Shown here: positions 29,144 to 38,782 of the stretch, in pieces
How the letters are laid out: every line of letters begins with the position of its first letter
Numbering within the stretch: position 1 is the first letter of the stretch
Source of the DNA: a virus
Lineage: Duplodnaviria; Caudoviricetes
Virus record (IMG/VR): IMGVR_UViG_3300009082_000959
DNA length: 64,000 nt
Strand: one strand, 5' to 3'
Notes under the pieces: model-generated
What the model was told of the DNA's origin: nothing
The model's database searches: none
The model's input: only the letters and a program-made list of their open reading frames with translations
Position numbers and translations under genes: made by a program

Positions 29144-30304
29144 ATGAGTAAAAGTATGGCAGATATTTGGAAGACTATAGAAAAGCAACATGGTCCTGAG
29201 GGATTGTATGTTGGCAATACGGACATGACAACATATTCTGGGGCCATTCCTACCGGCAGTTATGGTTTGGACGACGCCCTGGGTATTTGGGGTCTTCCAA
29301 AAGGACACATGGTTCAGTTTGCGGGGTTTGAGCAATCCGGGAAAACACTGATGGCTCTTTCTGCTATCGCACAGTGGCAAAAACAAGGTTCATCTAACTG
29401 GGCCATGTTTATCGACGCAGAATTTACCTACACAAAAGAGTGGGCAGAGATGCTGGGAGTTGATACTTCCAGACTTTATGTTTATAGAGAAAATAAGGGA
29501 CCAGAAATTTTTGCTCGTTTGACTGGTATTCCCGGTAAACCAAATTTGCAAGGCGTGATTAAAAAGGTTAAGCCCGGCATTTTGGATCTTGAAATAGAAA
29601 ACGGCGGAACTGGATTAGGTATTATTGTTCTTGACAGCGTTCCAGCCGTATTAGTGCCCATGGAAGAAGCCAGTGCGCCTGGAAAACAAAATATGGCTCT
29701 AATGGCTCGTTTTCTTCCGCCTGAGCTACGAAAGCTTACACCACTATTGACAAAAACCGGTGTGTTGTTTATTGCAATAAACCAATTACGTTTTACGCCT
29801 GGGGTTATGTATGGAGATCCTACTATGTCTCCTGGTGGTCAAGCATTAAAACATGCTTGTGCACAGATTATTAATTTTGGACGTATGAAAGGAAAAGACT
29901 CGAAGATTGAAGAGGGAGAGGAACAAACAGGTCATCACATCATGGCCAAAATCGATAAGAACAAAAAAGCTCCGCCGTTTCGTAAAGCAACTTTTGGTAT
30001 TAAATACACAGAAGGTGTGGTAGAGCAAAACATAGAAATTCGTGACCTCGGAGCAAAATATGGTGTAATTCTTCGTCCCAACAATAGAATTTGGGAGCTG
30101 GATGGCATAAAATATAGTGGTAAAGATGATATTGCCGAAGCCCTGAAAGAGGAAACCTTACAGCAGTCTGTGTTGGAACGAGTTAAAGAAGCTAAGAAAA
30201 ACTGTATTCATCTAGTTAATGTTGATGACGAAACCGAAACCGAAGAAGAGATGGACCAAGAACAAGAATTGTTGGATGCGGAATCTACACAAGAATTGGA
30301 ATGA
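29144..30304 (+). CDS. recA: RecA/UvsX recombinase
   Basis: IPTGSYGLDDALG, Walker A GFEQSGKT, FIDAE, IVLDSV, IAINQLR, PGGQALKH. Confidence 0.95.
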   Translation: MSKSMADIWKTIEKQHGPEGLYVGNTDMTTYSGAIPTGSYGLDDALGIWGLPKGHMVQFAGFEQSGKTLMALSAIAQWQKQGSSNWAMFIDAEFTYTKEWAEMLGVDTSRLYVYRENKGPEIFARLTGIPGKPNLQGVIKKVKPGILDLEIENGGTGLGIIVLDSVPAVLVPMEEASAPGKQNMALMARFLPPELRKLTPLLTKTGVLFIAINQLRFTPGVMYGDPTMSPGGQALKHACAQIINFGRMKGKDSKIEEGEEQTGHHIMAKIDKNKKAPPFRKATFGIKYTEGVVEQNIEIRDLGAKYGVILRPNNRIWELDGIKYSGKDDIAEALKEETLQQSVLERVKEAKKNCIHLVNVDDETETEEEMDQEQELLDAESTQELE

Positions 30305-30334
30305 TGTTGGGAATATTATTGCATGTGGGATAAA

Positions 30335-31174
30335 ATGAAAATTTGTGGACATTGTAAATTTGAAAAACCAAACTGTGAGTTTAATAAAAACAAACGCACA
30401 AAAGATAAATTAAGTAGTTGGTGTAAATCTTGCACAAAACAGTATCAAGTAAATAACAAAGATAAGATTGTGGCAAGAAAAAAACTATACTATAAAAACA
30501 ATAGAGAAACGATATTGGAAAAAGATAAATATTATAGAGAAAACAATAAAGAAAAAACTGCAGCATGTCGCAGTAAATATTATGAAAACAATAAAAAAGA
30601 AATATTAATTAATAAAAAACAATATTATGAAAATAATAAAGAATCGCTTTTAGAACAAGCTGCGGAATATTATGAAAATAATAAAGACAAAGTTCTAGAA
30701 AAAAGAAAACAAGATTATAAAGATACCAAAGACGAGACGCTTATAGAAAGAAAACTATATTACGAAAACAATAAGGAAAAAATATTAGAAGATGTTAAAA
30801 AATATAGTAATACGCCAGATGGCAGAGAAAAAATAAAACAGCGCCGAAAAAAGCGTCGTTCAACAGATATCAAACATAAATTGTCTCGTAGTCTAATACA
30901 TCGTTTATATAAAGCACTCAAAGGAAACTATAAATCTGGCTCCGCTGTTCGCGACTTAGGGTGTTCCATTGGCGAACTAAAAATGCGTTTAGAAAGACAG
31001 TTTGAGCCAGGAATGACTTGGGAGAATTATGGAGAGTGGCACATAGATCATATAATACCGATTTCTAGTTTCAACCTAACCGATAGAATGGAGTTTTTGG
31101 AAGCTTGCAATTGGTGCAACCTGCAGCCGCTTTGGGCTGCCGATAATATAAAGAAATCTAATAAATTAATATAA
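30335..31174 (+). CDS. HNH homing endonuclease with 15-aa repeats
   Basis: CGHC...CKSC, about eight YYENNKE-type repeats, WHIDHIIP...NLQPLWAADN. Confidence 0.88.
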   Translation: MKICGHCKFEKPNCEFNKNKRTKDKLSSWCKSCTKQYQVNNKDKIVARKKLYYKNNRETILEKDKYYRENNKEKTAACRSKYYENNKKEILINKKQYYENNKESLLEQAAEYYENNKDKVLEKRKQDYKDTKDETLIERKLYYENNKEKILEDVKKYSNTPDGREKIKQRRKKRRSTDIKHKLSRSLIHRLYKALKGNYKSGSAVRDLGCSIGELKMRLERQFEPGMTWENYGEWHIDHIIPISSFNLTDRMEFLEACNWCNLQPLWAADNIKKSNKLI

Positions 31175-31186
31175 AGGATAAATAAT

Positions 31187-31534
31187 ATGCTAATTACGTG
31201 TAATAATCGTGGATGTTTAAAAAGCTCTGATGCACTTTTGGATGTAAAGACAGATAAGGTTATTTGTGGGGAATGTAAGAGAGAAATAACCAATGTATCT
31301 GTCATGATGAAGAAAACACTAAAAAGTTTTGGACAAATTATTAGAGAGACAAAAAAGGCTTTTATGCTTGCGTGTAAGAGCTGCAATGCCAATAGGGAAA
31401 TAGTTCTTGATCAGAAGGGAAATACTTTATGCAAGACTTGTCATAGTCCAATAAAAATTCATCCAGCATTTAAGATCGCAATAGAAGAGTCTGGTGGACT
31501 TGAGAAAATAATACTAGAGGACGATAAAAAATAA
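31187..31534 (+). CDS. Cys-rich zinc-binding hypothetical protein
   Basis: CNNRGC, CGEC, CKSC, CKTC; AAAGGA RBS. Confidence 0.75.
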   Translation: MLITCNNRGCLKSSDALLDVKTDKVICGECKREITNVSVMMKKTLKSFGQIIRETKKAFMLACKSCNANREIVLDQKGNTLCKTCHSPIKIHPAFKIAIEESGGLEKIILEDDKK

Positions 31535-31551
31535 GAAAGAAATATCAAACA

Positions 31552-32289
31552 ATGAGCGAATTTTATAAGAAATTAGCCGACGTTTGTCATAATATACTGC
31601 TTGATGACATTGGGTTGTGGTCGTATTTAAAGAAAGAAAGAAAAATGACAAACAAAACAATAAAAGAATTTGGAATTGGTGCATTTCCATCGGACCTAAG
31701 AAGATTGTTTAATGAGTTTTCCCTTGATCCAGTGGAATTGAGAGAGAATGGAATAATTTGGAATGCAGAACATAGTCAGTTTAAACTGTATCCAATAGTG
31801 ATTCCAATCACCGATATACATGGTTCTCCGATAGCGATAGGTTGCAGAACACTAATTAGTGAAAGTGAAAGAAAAGACATAGGATTGCCAAAGTATAAAA
31901 ATAGTGTTTATAAAAAAACATCTAATCTTTTTGCGCTAAATAAATCATATCAAAGTATAAGAAAAAACAATCTAGCAATTGTTGTTGAGGGATATTTTGA
32001 TGCGATTAGTGCCCACCAAAATAAGATTACCAATGTTGTTGCAACTTGTGGAACAATGTTTGGTAAAAAACAATTAGCAATACTATCCAGATATACTAAT
32101 AATATATGCTTATTATTTGACAATGATGCGCCAGGGAGAACTAGTGCCATAAAGGCAGAGAAAAACTTAAAGGATATAGATGGGGCTAAAATCTTTTTAA
32201 GATTCACACCAGATGGTTATAAAGATTTAGATGAATTCTTGCGAAATGGCGGAGATTATAATACGCTATTTAAAGACTCTAATGTTTGA
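31552..32289 (+). CDS. dnaG: DnaG primase catalytic core/TOPRIM (no zinc-binding domain)
   Basis: IPI...GCR, PKYKNS, IVVEGYFDAI, VATCGT, FDNDAPG. Confidence 0.9.
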   Translation: MSEFYKKLADVCHNILLDDIGLWSYLKKERKMTNKTIKEFGIGAFPSDLRRLFNEFSLDPVELRENGIIWNAEHSQFKLYPIVIPITDIHGSPIAIGCRTLISESERKDIGLPKYKNSVYKKTSNLFALNKSYQSIRKNNLAIVVEGYFDAISAHQNKITNVVATCGTMFGKKQLAILSRYTNNICLLFDNDAPGRTSAIKAEKNLKDIDGAKIFLRFTPDGYKDLDEFLRNGGDYNTLFKDSNV

Positions 32290-32298
32290 GGAAATTTA

Positions 32299-32745
32299 AT
32301 GCCGAAAAATTTTGTATGCAGTGGATCTGGAGACGCAGATGTTTCTGGAAATTATATAGAAATAAGTATAGATCCAAATGTTTTAAATAATTTCTCAAAT
32401 GAAGACGGAATGTCAGCATTTCTTTCATCACAATCATGTTCTGAGGAATTTAAATTATTAAAGGCAGAACTGTTACAGGAAGTTTTACTGATAATAGAAA
32501 TGTGTCTTACCAAAAAACAGAAAGAGGTTATGAAAATGACATTTGTTGATGGTATGACACAGAATGAGATAGCGTCTGAACTTGGAAAGCATCAAACCAC
32601 TATACATAAACTTTTGTATGGAAATTTGGACTACAATAATAAGAGAAGGCGTTATGGTGGTGCAATGAAAAAAATTAGAAAAATGTGCGCAAATAGTAAA
32701 AAAATACAAGAAATACTTACAAAAATGAAACAACAGGTTGAATAA
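32299..32745 (+). CDS. Sigma70 region-4-like HTH protein
   Basis: LTKKQKEVMKMTFVDGMTQNEIASELG. Confidence 0.75.
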   Translation: MPKNFVCSGSGDADVSGNYIEISIDPNVLNNFSNEDGMSAFLSSQSCSEEFKLLKAELLQEVLLIIEMCLTKKQKEVMKMTFVDGMTQNEIASELGKHQTTIHKLLYGNLDYNNKRRRYGGAMKKIRKMCANSKKIQEILTKMKQQVE

Positions 32746-32747
32746 AT

Positions 32748-33788
32748 ATGGGAAGAAAGAAAATAATATTGGATCCGGATAAGCTTACCAATAGTTACAA
32801 ACAACTTTTATCAATTAATAAAGTTGCCTTAGAGTTAAATACTACACCATTTATTGTGCGAGAGAGATTAATTGAACTTGGGGTTAGACTGGTAAATCCA
32901 GGCGGTCAACATAAATATTCGTGTAACGATGATTTTTTCTCAACTGATACTCCGGAATCTTTTTATTGGGCTGGGTATATGGCCGCAGATGGATGCGTGT
33001 CTCAATCATACCGTAATGGTAAAGTGGTGTCTGTATCAAGTATAGACATAGAACATATGGAAAAATTTAAAAAATGTGTTGAATATGATGGACCAGTAAG
33101 AATAGATACTAATTTAAATGAAATAAATAAGACCAAAACTATAAAAAGTACGAAACCATTTTCTGGCATTGGAATTCATTCTGAAAAAATGTTTTATAAT
33201 TTGGCTAGATTTGGAGTAATTCCTAATAAATCATTGATATATGTTTTCCCAGATTGGCTTAAGCAACATGCACTGGTTAATCATTTTATTCGAGGCTGCA
33301 CCGACGGAGATGGTTGCTGGTCTGAATTAAAACCGCGCGGCGGTGGAAGAACCAGAGATATATTGACATATCATTTATGTGGAACAAATAGTATGGTTGA
33401 ATCAGTTAGGGAAGTTTTTAGTAAAAATTGTGGACGAAAAATTACTCAAAAAATATATAAAAATAAAAATATTTTTTGCTTATCGTATTGTGGTAATGTT
33501 CAAGCCAAGGCAATAAGGGATTTCCTTTACGCCGGCGCAAATCAAAATATTTGGTTGAACCGCAAGCACAATATAGTATATAATGATTGGATAGATGTTT
33601 TGTCAGAGTATGCAATGGTTTCGGTAATAGGAACTAATGCGAAAACAAATGAGATAGTTGAGTTTAATGGTATGATGGAAGCGGAGCGACACGGATTTAA
33701 TCATTGCGGAATATCAGAATGTTGCTCCGGGAAAAGAAAGTTACATCATGGTTACAGTTGGAAATTTAACAAAAGGAGTTGTGTTTAA
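32748..33788 (+). CDS. Free-standing LAGLIDADG homing endonuclease with C-terminal NUMOD1-like domain
   Basis: YWAGYMAADGCV and FIRGCTDGDGCW motifs; C-terminal ISECCSGKRKLHHGYSW. Confidence 0.85.
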   Translation: MGRKKIILDPDKLTNSYKQLLSINKVALELNTTPFIVRERLIELGVRLVNPGGQHKYSCNDDFFSTDTPESFYWAGYMAADGCVSQSYRNGKVVSVSSIDIEHMEKFKKCVEYDGPVRIDTNLNEINKTKTIKSTKPFSGIGIHSEKMFYNLARFGVIPNKSLIYVFPDWLKQHALVNHFIRGCTDGDGCWSELKPRGGGRTRDILTYHLCGTNSMVESVREVFSKNCGRKITQKIYKNKNIFCLSYCGNVQAKAIRDFLYAGANQNIWLNRKHNIVYNDWIDVLSEYAMVSVIGTNAKTNEIVEFNGMMEAERHGFNHCGISECCSGKRKLHHGYSWKFNKRSCV

Positions 33789-34258
33789 TGAAGGTAATGC
33801 TCATCAATGAGTCTGGAGAAAGAGTTGGGGAAGTTCTTATAGAGGAAGCAGAAAGGCAAGCAAAACTAGCGGGAAAACAGTTGGCGATGGTTGCCCAAAA
33901 TGTATATAGAATAGTTGAAATAGGCAAACTAAAATACGAAAAAAACCAAAAGCAACGCCAAAGCCGCGTACAAAAAAGGCAGCACAAGATAAAGGAAATA
34001 AAATTGGGAGTAGCAATAGAAACACACGACATAGAAGTAAAAGCAAATCATATACGAGAATTTCTTGAAAAGGGCCTTAAAACAAAGATTACTGTTCAGT
34101 TTAAGGGGCGACAAATGGCTTTTCAGGAAATAGGCTTTCAGAAGTTGAATCTATTAATTAAACCATTTCTTGATAATGGCTTAGCAACACTTGATAAAGA
34201 ACCAAAAATGGATGGTAAAAACCTGATAGCTTTTCTCATTCCAACCCGCCGAAGTTAA
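33788..34258 (+). CDS. infC: Translation initiation factor IF-3
   Basis: VMLINESGE..G, KLKYE, IKEIKLG..IETHD, FLEKG.K.K.TV.FKGRQ; TAATG overlap, ATG start. Confidence 0.9.
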   Translation: MKVMLINESGERVGEVLIEEAERQAKLAGKQLAMVAQNVYRIVEIGKLKYEKNQKQRQSRVQKRQHKIKEIKLGVAIETHDIEVKANHIREFLEKGLKTKITVQFKGRQMAFQEIGFQKLNLLIKPFLDNGLATLDKEPKMDGKNLIAFLIPTRRS

Positions 34259-34340
34259 TCTCACCACTTATACAGTAATCGTATAATTTTCTAAAAATCA
34301 AAACAAAAATACCATCTTTCTATCAATATTTTGAACTTAT

Positions 34341-34376
34341 AATGTTAGGTGTGGTCTATTCTGACTACACCACATT
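34341..34376 (+). other. RNA hairpin in the intergenic gap between the replication and structural blocks
   Basis: AATGT-TA-GGTGTGGTC / GACTACACC-ACATT arms (one G-U pair). Confidence 0.5.
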
Positions 34377-34397
34377 ATTTATGTGGGGTTATATTAA

Positions 34398-34871
34398 ATG
34401 GACACTCTTGATTGGACCCAGTTGGCCGGAAATGTTAATAAAGATGCAAATAAAATAGAATATGAACCAAACAAAGGTTTGTTTAGAAAAATAGCATTTG
34501 ATGTATTTCAACTAAATTCTGCGCCCGTTGAGTCTCTTTGGACACTCGAAAGTAGCGATGACGGAACACAGTATTTGGTCGCAATGTATGCCGATGATGA
34601 CACTGAGACACTAGAAGCAAAAGGTGACTGGAACGCAATTATGTGCAAAAATGCTAGCAGTGTCACACTAACCTATAAAGAAACACCATTATACAAGTTT
34701 GCTTCATCTGATTATGGTTTTATTGAGTCAGATGCTCATATTTTTCAGAGAAGTCTTATAGAAAAATTTAGTTCAGATAAAGCATTTGTGTCATTATTTT
34801 TGAAAGCACAGCCCAAAAATAAACTATCGGAAATATTAAATAAATTCCCAGAACTCAAAGATTTTGTATAA
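34398..34871 (+). CDS. Hypothetical protein (first gene of the structural block)
   Basis: Intact ORF; no recognised motif. Confidence 0.75.
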   Translation: MDTLDWTQLAGNVNKDANKIEYEPNKGLFRKIAFDVFQLNSAPVESLWTLESSDDGTQYLVAMYADDDTETLEAKGDWNAIMCKNASSVTLTYKETPLYKFASSDYGFIESDAHIFQRSLIEKFSSDKAFVSLFLKAQPKNKLSEILNKFPELKDFV

Positions 34872-34919
34872 TAAACTAATGGCCGCCTGGTCGGTCTAAT
34901 TTTTGGAGGAGAATGTAAC

Positions 34920-36482
34920 ATGACTAGCAATATAAATATTGGCGAGCTTGCTCGAATCGCCAAGGAAGCGCTTGATGCAAGAACCAATGGACAAGAGTTC
35001 ATGCTCAACGATGTATATAATGTTACTCGTGCTGCCTATGAGCGTCACCCAGAAGATCACGTAATAAGGCATGTTGCTGCAACAATAGAGAGAATGTATG
35101 AAAGATCAAAGGTTGGCGCAACAATAAACCAGTCCGAGATATCCAAAATATATAATCATTTCGCTAGTTTATCTGGTAATTCGAATTTTAAGAGTGTTCT
35201 TGGCCACTTGTTGCTTGGAGACGTAATAAAAAAATCCTCCCCAGATTACGATAAAATCAATAAAACAGCCCAAGAAGATTTATCTATAGACACACAAGAC
35301 GTAAGAGATGCATCGGCAGCAATACAGACCATGTTTGTTGACACCACAAATAATGTATATGATAAGAAAATTGCATCTGACGGAGTAAAAATTGTTTCTG
35401 CTGAGCTTCGAGCACTCGGCGTTCCATTTCACTCTGTTTCAGTTGTTGGTGGGGATAATAAACTATTGGTTTATTCCTCGCAATTTGATACGAGGAAAGG
35501 TCCATTACAAGTTGCAATACCAGTGGAGATTAAAAATAATCAAGTTTTATTTCCAACAAAGTTCGTAGAGAATGGGCAATTAACTGATCTCACGACTAAC
35601 AACATACGAAAACATATAGATAGGTTTGCAGAAAACAATGAGTTCTATGTAGATAGACAATTTCCAGAAAGTAAACCAGATATTAACACGCACAGTGACG
35701 TTGAAATGCCAAAGTCACTGGAACATTTGGCAAGAGACTTTGAAGATAGCGTAATAGAGGCAGCAAGCTCCTTTGGTCTTGGGTCAATTCAGTGTGGAAA
35801 GGAAATGGTTGGAAGAGAATTAAGGTCCGCTGGATTTAAGAATGCTCAGGTCAAATTTGGAAGCGAGAGCGCGGACTCGGTTGTGTATTTAGCGTCCATA
35901 CCAACGCCTAAGGGCGCAGTCGAAATAGAAGTTCCGGTTGAGATGATTGCAACAGCTGAAAATAAGTTTTCTCCACTAATTCCAACGTATTTTGCTTATG
36001 ATGGAATAATAGAGGATTTTACGGCAGCAAAACTTCAGAGATTTGCAATTAATCTACCAACACCATCAACTGAGAACAAAATTTATAGATCAGCGTTCGC
36101 ATACATGACACTCCCAGAATTAAAAGATGAGATTTTAAAGGCGGCTAGCGCAAACGATTATGTGAGTTGTGAAGCGGCATTATCAGAGATCGAAGAAAAG
36201 TTTTCAGAAGAAGATTTTAAAAATGCAGTCGCAGACTACCACTATATATTGATGCATAAGACACATTCTGAGCACTCTGAGATGCAAAAATGCAGCAGAA
36301 TGATTCCTGCTGGTAAGGGGTCTATATATCCCAGATGCGGCCATTACCTTGTTGCGATGAACAAAGTTGTGGTTGATGAGAACGGAAATTGTCATCTAAA
36401 GTCATCAATTGAGCGAGAAAAATTAAACCCGGCAGAAGACGGTGGTGCAGCCATAAGCACATCAAAGATTTTTATGGCATAA
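34920..36482 (+). CDS. Hypothetical protein with internal domain duplication
   Basis: GGAGGAG RBS; ELRALG...TRKGPLQVAIPVEI...FPTKF repeated as ELRSAG...TPKGAVEIEVPVEM...IPTYF. Confidence 0.8.
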   Translation: MTSNINIGELARIAKEALDARTNGQEFMLNDVYNVTRAAYERHPEDHVIRHVAATIERMYERSKVGATINQSEISKIYNHFASLSGNSNFKSVLGHLLLGDVIKKSSPDYDKINKTAQEDLSIDTQDVRDASAAIQTMFVDTTNNVYDKKIASDGVKIVSAELRALGVPFHSVSVVGGDNKLLVYSSQFDTRKGPLQVAIPVEIKNNQVLFPTKFVENGQLTDLTTNNIRKHIDRFAENNEFYVDRQFPESKPDINTHSDVEMPKSLEHLARDFEDSVIEAASSFGLGSIQCGKEMVGRELRSAGFKNAQVKFGSESADSVVYLASIPTPKGAVEIEVPVEMIATAENKFSPLIPTYFAYDGIIEDFTAAKLQRFAINLPTPSTENKIYRSAFAYMTLPELKDEILKAASANDYVSCEAALSEIEEKFSEEDFKNAVADYHYILMHKTHSEHSEMQKCSRMIPAGKGSIYPRCGHYLVAMNKVVVDENGNCHLKSSIEREKLNPAEDGGAAISTSKIFMA

Positions 36483-36509
36483 TATATAATAATAGGAATA
36501 TATAAAAAA

Positions 36510-37490
36510 ATGGCACTTAATATCAATGAACTAGTGTTATTGTCTGAAACACTATCAAAAAGTGGCAAAATAAAGCAGGCAAAGACTATAGAAGGCATGA
36601 TTGATAAATTATCAGCCGAATGGGACACAATGGATCCAGAAAAACAAAAAAGTTGGGTAGAGAGGCAGGACTGGCACACAAATCCCATCGAATACATAAA
36701 TCGTCCCGAGAAAAAACCAGAGCCACCGACATCTGGTGTTTCAACAAAAAACGAAGACGAAACGAGTATTGATGAGGATAAAATTAATGAAAAGGCACTA
36801 GAAGATGCCAATAAAGAGTTTAGTAAATTTTTATCTTATCTTGATTCTAGCGGCATATCTCCTCAATCGTTTTTTGATACCGTTCATGGGTCTGGTGGAA
36901 TTATATTGCGCAACAATCCAGAAACAAACAAACCAGAGGTGGTGAAAGATTTTCCAGAAGATAATGAAATAGACTCTTCGGCCGCAATTAATAAAAATGA
37001 TGTATTATATAAACTTGCAGAAATGGCAGACAGATTAGATTCTATTGGGGCAACAAAAGAGGCAAATCTTATAGATAATTTCATATCAAAACACGCATCG
37101 GGTCCTGTAGTATTAAAGAGTGCAGACGACCAAGAAAAAAAGTATGATGCAAAATATCATCATTCGTTGCAGGTTAGAGAACCAAAAAATAAGGATAAAA
37201 AAGAAACAAAACATAGTGTCAAAAACTATGAAGGCGGGCACGGATGCAGCACACTTAGCACAAGATACTGCCCAGAACATCCTGGGGTTATGCTCGGAAG
37301 AATAGGCGAGCTTACATATCAGTGTTCTCTAGATGGCCATGTTTACAACTACGAAGCAGGCTGGGTTGATGCCGATGGGACAAATCACCCAGGAGGATCT
37401 GTTGCTGGCCAGACACCGGACTCTACCGGATATGATACGCCACACAGAGTATTTGATAGTAGAGAGAATACATTAAATAGGGGAAAATAA
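36510..37490 (+). CDS. Putative virion protein with two helical tag motifs and C-terminal Cys/His domain
   Basis: LSETLSKSG..QA..IE and LAEMADRLDSIG...EANLID; TRYCPEHPG...QCSLDG. Confidence 0.75.
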   Translation: MALNINELVLLSETLSKSGKIKQAKTIEGMIDKLSAEWDTMDPEKQKSWVERQDWHTNPIEYINRPEKKPEPPTSGVSTKNEDETSIDEDKINEKALEDANKEFSKFLSYLDSSGISPQSFFDTVHGSGGIILRNNPETNKPEVVKDFPEDNEIDSSAAINKNDVLYKLAEMADRLDSIGATKEANLIDNFISKHASGPVVLKSADDQEKKYDAKYHHSLQVREPKNKDKKETKHSVKNYEGGHGCSTLSTRYCPEHPGVMLGRIGELTYQCSLDGHVYNYEAGWVDADGTNHPGGSVAGQTPDSTGYDTPHRVFDSRENTLNRGK

Positions 37491-37493
37491 ACA

Positions 37494-38045
37494 ATGTATA
37501 GTATTGATGAACTTATTGCAATAGCAGACTCTCTTGATGCGTGTGGATTACATTCAGAAGCAGAAACTATAGATGGTATGATAGAAAAATTGGCCGCACC
37601 GACGTCTGGTGCTATTCCATCATTTGTGACAAGGCTAAAAGAGACTTTTGTTTCTGAAATTGGTGATTCTGGGGACCGCATTAGCCTTGAATACATTTTA
37701 GAGGTAATAGACAGTGTTGCACAAAATAGTGGTCCATTTACTGGATATAAGGCTGGCCCAGAAGAAGTAAATAGACTTAAAGTTATGTCACAAGAGCCGG
37801 CGAGCAAGGCACTACACTTACTTGAGCTTCAGAGATCGGTAAAGGACATTAAATCTGAGTTAGACAAAGAAAATGACCCAGAAAAAATCAAATTGTTGCA
37901 GCGTGATTTGAAGAGCGATCAAGAAGACTTAGACGAAATACTCAAAAAAGTAGAACAATGGAAGAGTGGTAAAAGAGATAATGATATTGCATCATATGAT
38001 CTATTTACAAAGATATACAATAGTCGCGGAGAAAATATAGAATAA
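37494..38045 (+). CDS. Putative virion protein with N-terminal helical tag
   Basis: LIAIADSLDACGLHSEAETIDGMIEKLAA. Confidence 0.75.
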   Translation: MYSIDELIAIADSLDACGLHSEAETIDGMIEKLAAPTSGAIPSFVTRLKETFVSEIGDSGDRISLEYILEVIDSVAQNSGPFTGYKAGPEEVNRLKVMSQEPASKALHLLELQRSVKDIKSELDKENDPEKIKLLQRDLKSDQEDLDEILKKVEQWKSGKRDNDIASYDLFTKIYNSRGENIE

Positions 38046-38782
38046 TGTCTGCATCGAAAGTACTAAAGCATCCCGATAAAGATGAAATAATAGAACTACT
38101 TGCAACCAAAGGAGAGTCTGTAAGGGAAATAGAATCAATGTTGCGAAGCAAGTATCCGTCTAGTAAACATTTGTGGATATCATCAGTAACACTTCAAAAA
38201 TTCAGAAAAGAAAACTTAAAGCTTGAGGGAAGAGTTCTTAGGGATATACAAGAAGCCGGAAGAGTTCAAAAGCAGCAATCAGAAAAACAAGAGAAGATTC
38301 GTATTTTGGAATCTACCGGCGCTTACACAAAAAAAATTAATGAAATTGCTGATTCTAAACTAGATGTCCAAAAAAGAATTTTGCAGTTGGATAGAATAAT
38401 AGAATCAAGAATGGAGTACTGGTATAATGCCATTATTAGTGGTACAGAAACTGCATCAAAAGGTGACAAGGAATTAAGACAATTTATGGACAGACAAATG
38501 AATCTTTTGTCGCAATACAAGAAATTGGTTGAGGGAATGGCAGATAGAACAATAGATCATAATGTGAATATAACGGTAATGAATGAACAAATAGGAATAA
38601 TACAGGACGTAATAAGAGAGTGTATATCAAGTTTTTCGCCCGAACAAGCAATGTTGTTTATGGAAAAGCTAAACAGAAGATTAAACGCAACAACTTATCG
38701 CCCAAAAGAACTACAACCGGCATTATCATTAGTTGAACTTAAAAAATCTGAAGAAGATATTATTGACGGTGAATATGAATAA
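38045..38782 (+). CDS. Hypothetical helical protein (N-terminal HTH-like; small-terminase candidate)
   Basis: HPDKDEIIELL...SVREIE pattern; location upstream of terL; weak assignment. Confidence 0.5.
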   Translation: MSASKVLKHPDKDEIIELLATKGESVREIESMLRSKYPSSKHLWISSVTLQKFRKENLKLEGRVLRDIQEAGRVQKQQSEKQEKIRILESTGAYTKKINEIADSKLDVQKRILQLDRIIESRMEYWYNAIISGTETASKGDKELRQFMDRQMNLLSQYKKLVEGMADRTIDHNVNITVMNEQIGIIQDVIRECISSFSPEQAMLFMEKLNRRLNATTYRPKELQPALSLVELKKSEEDIIDGEYE

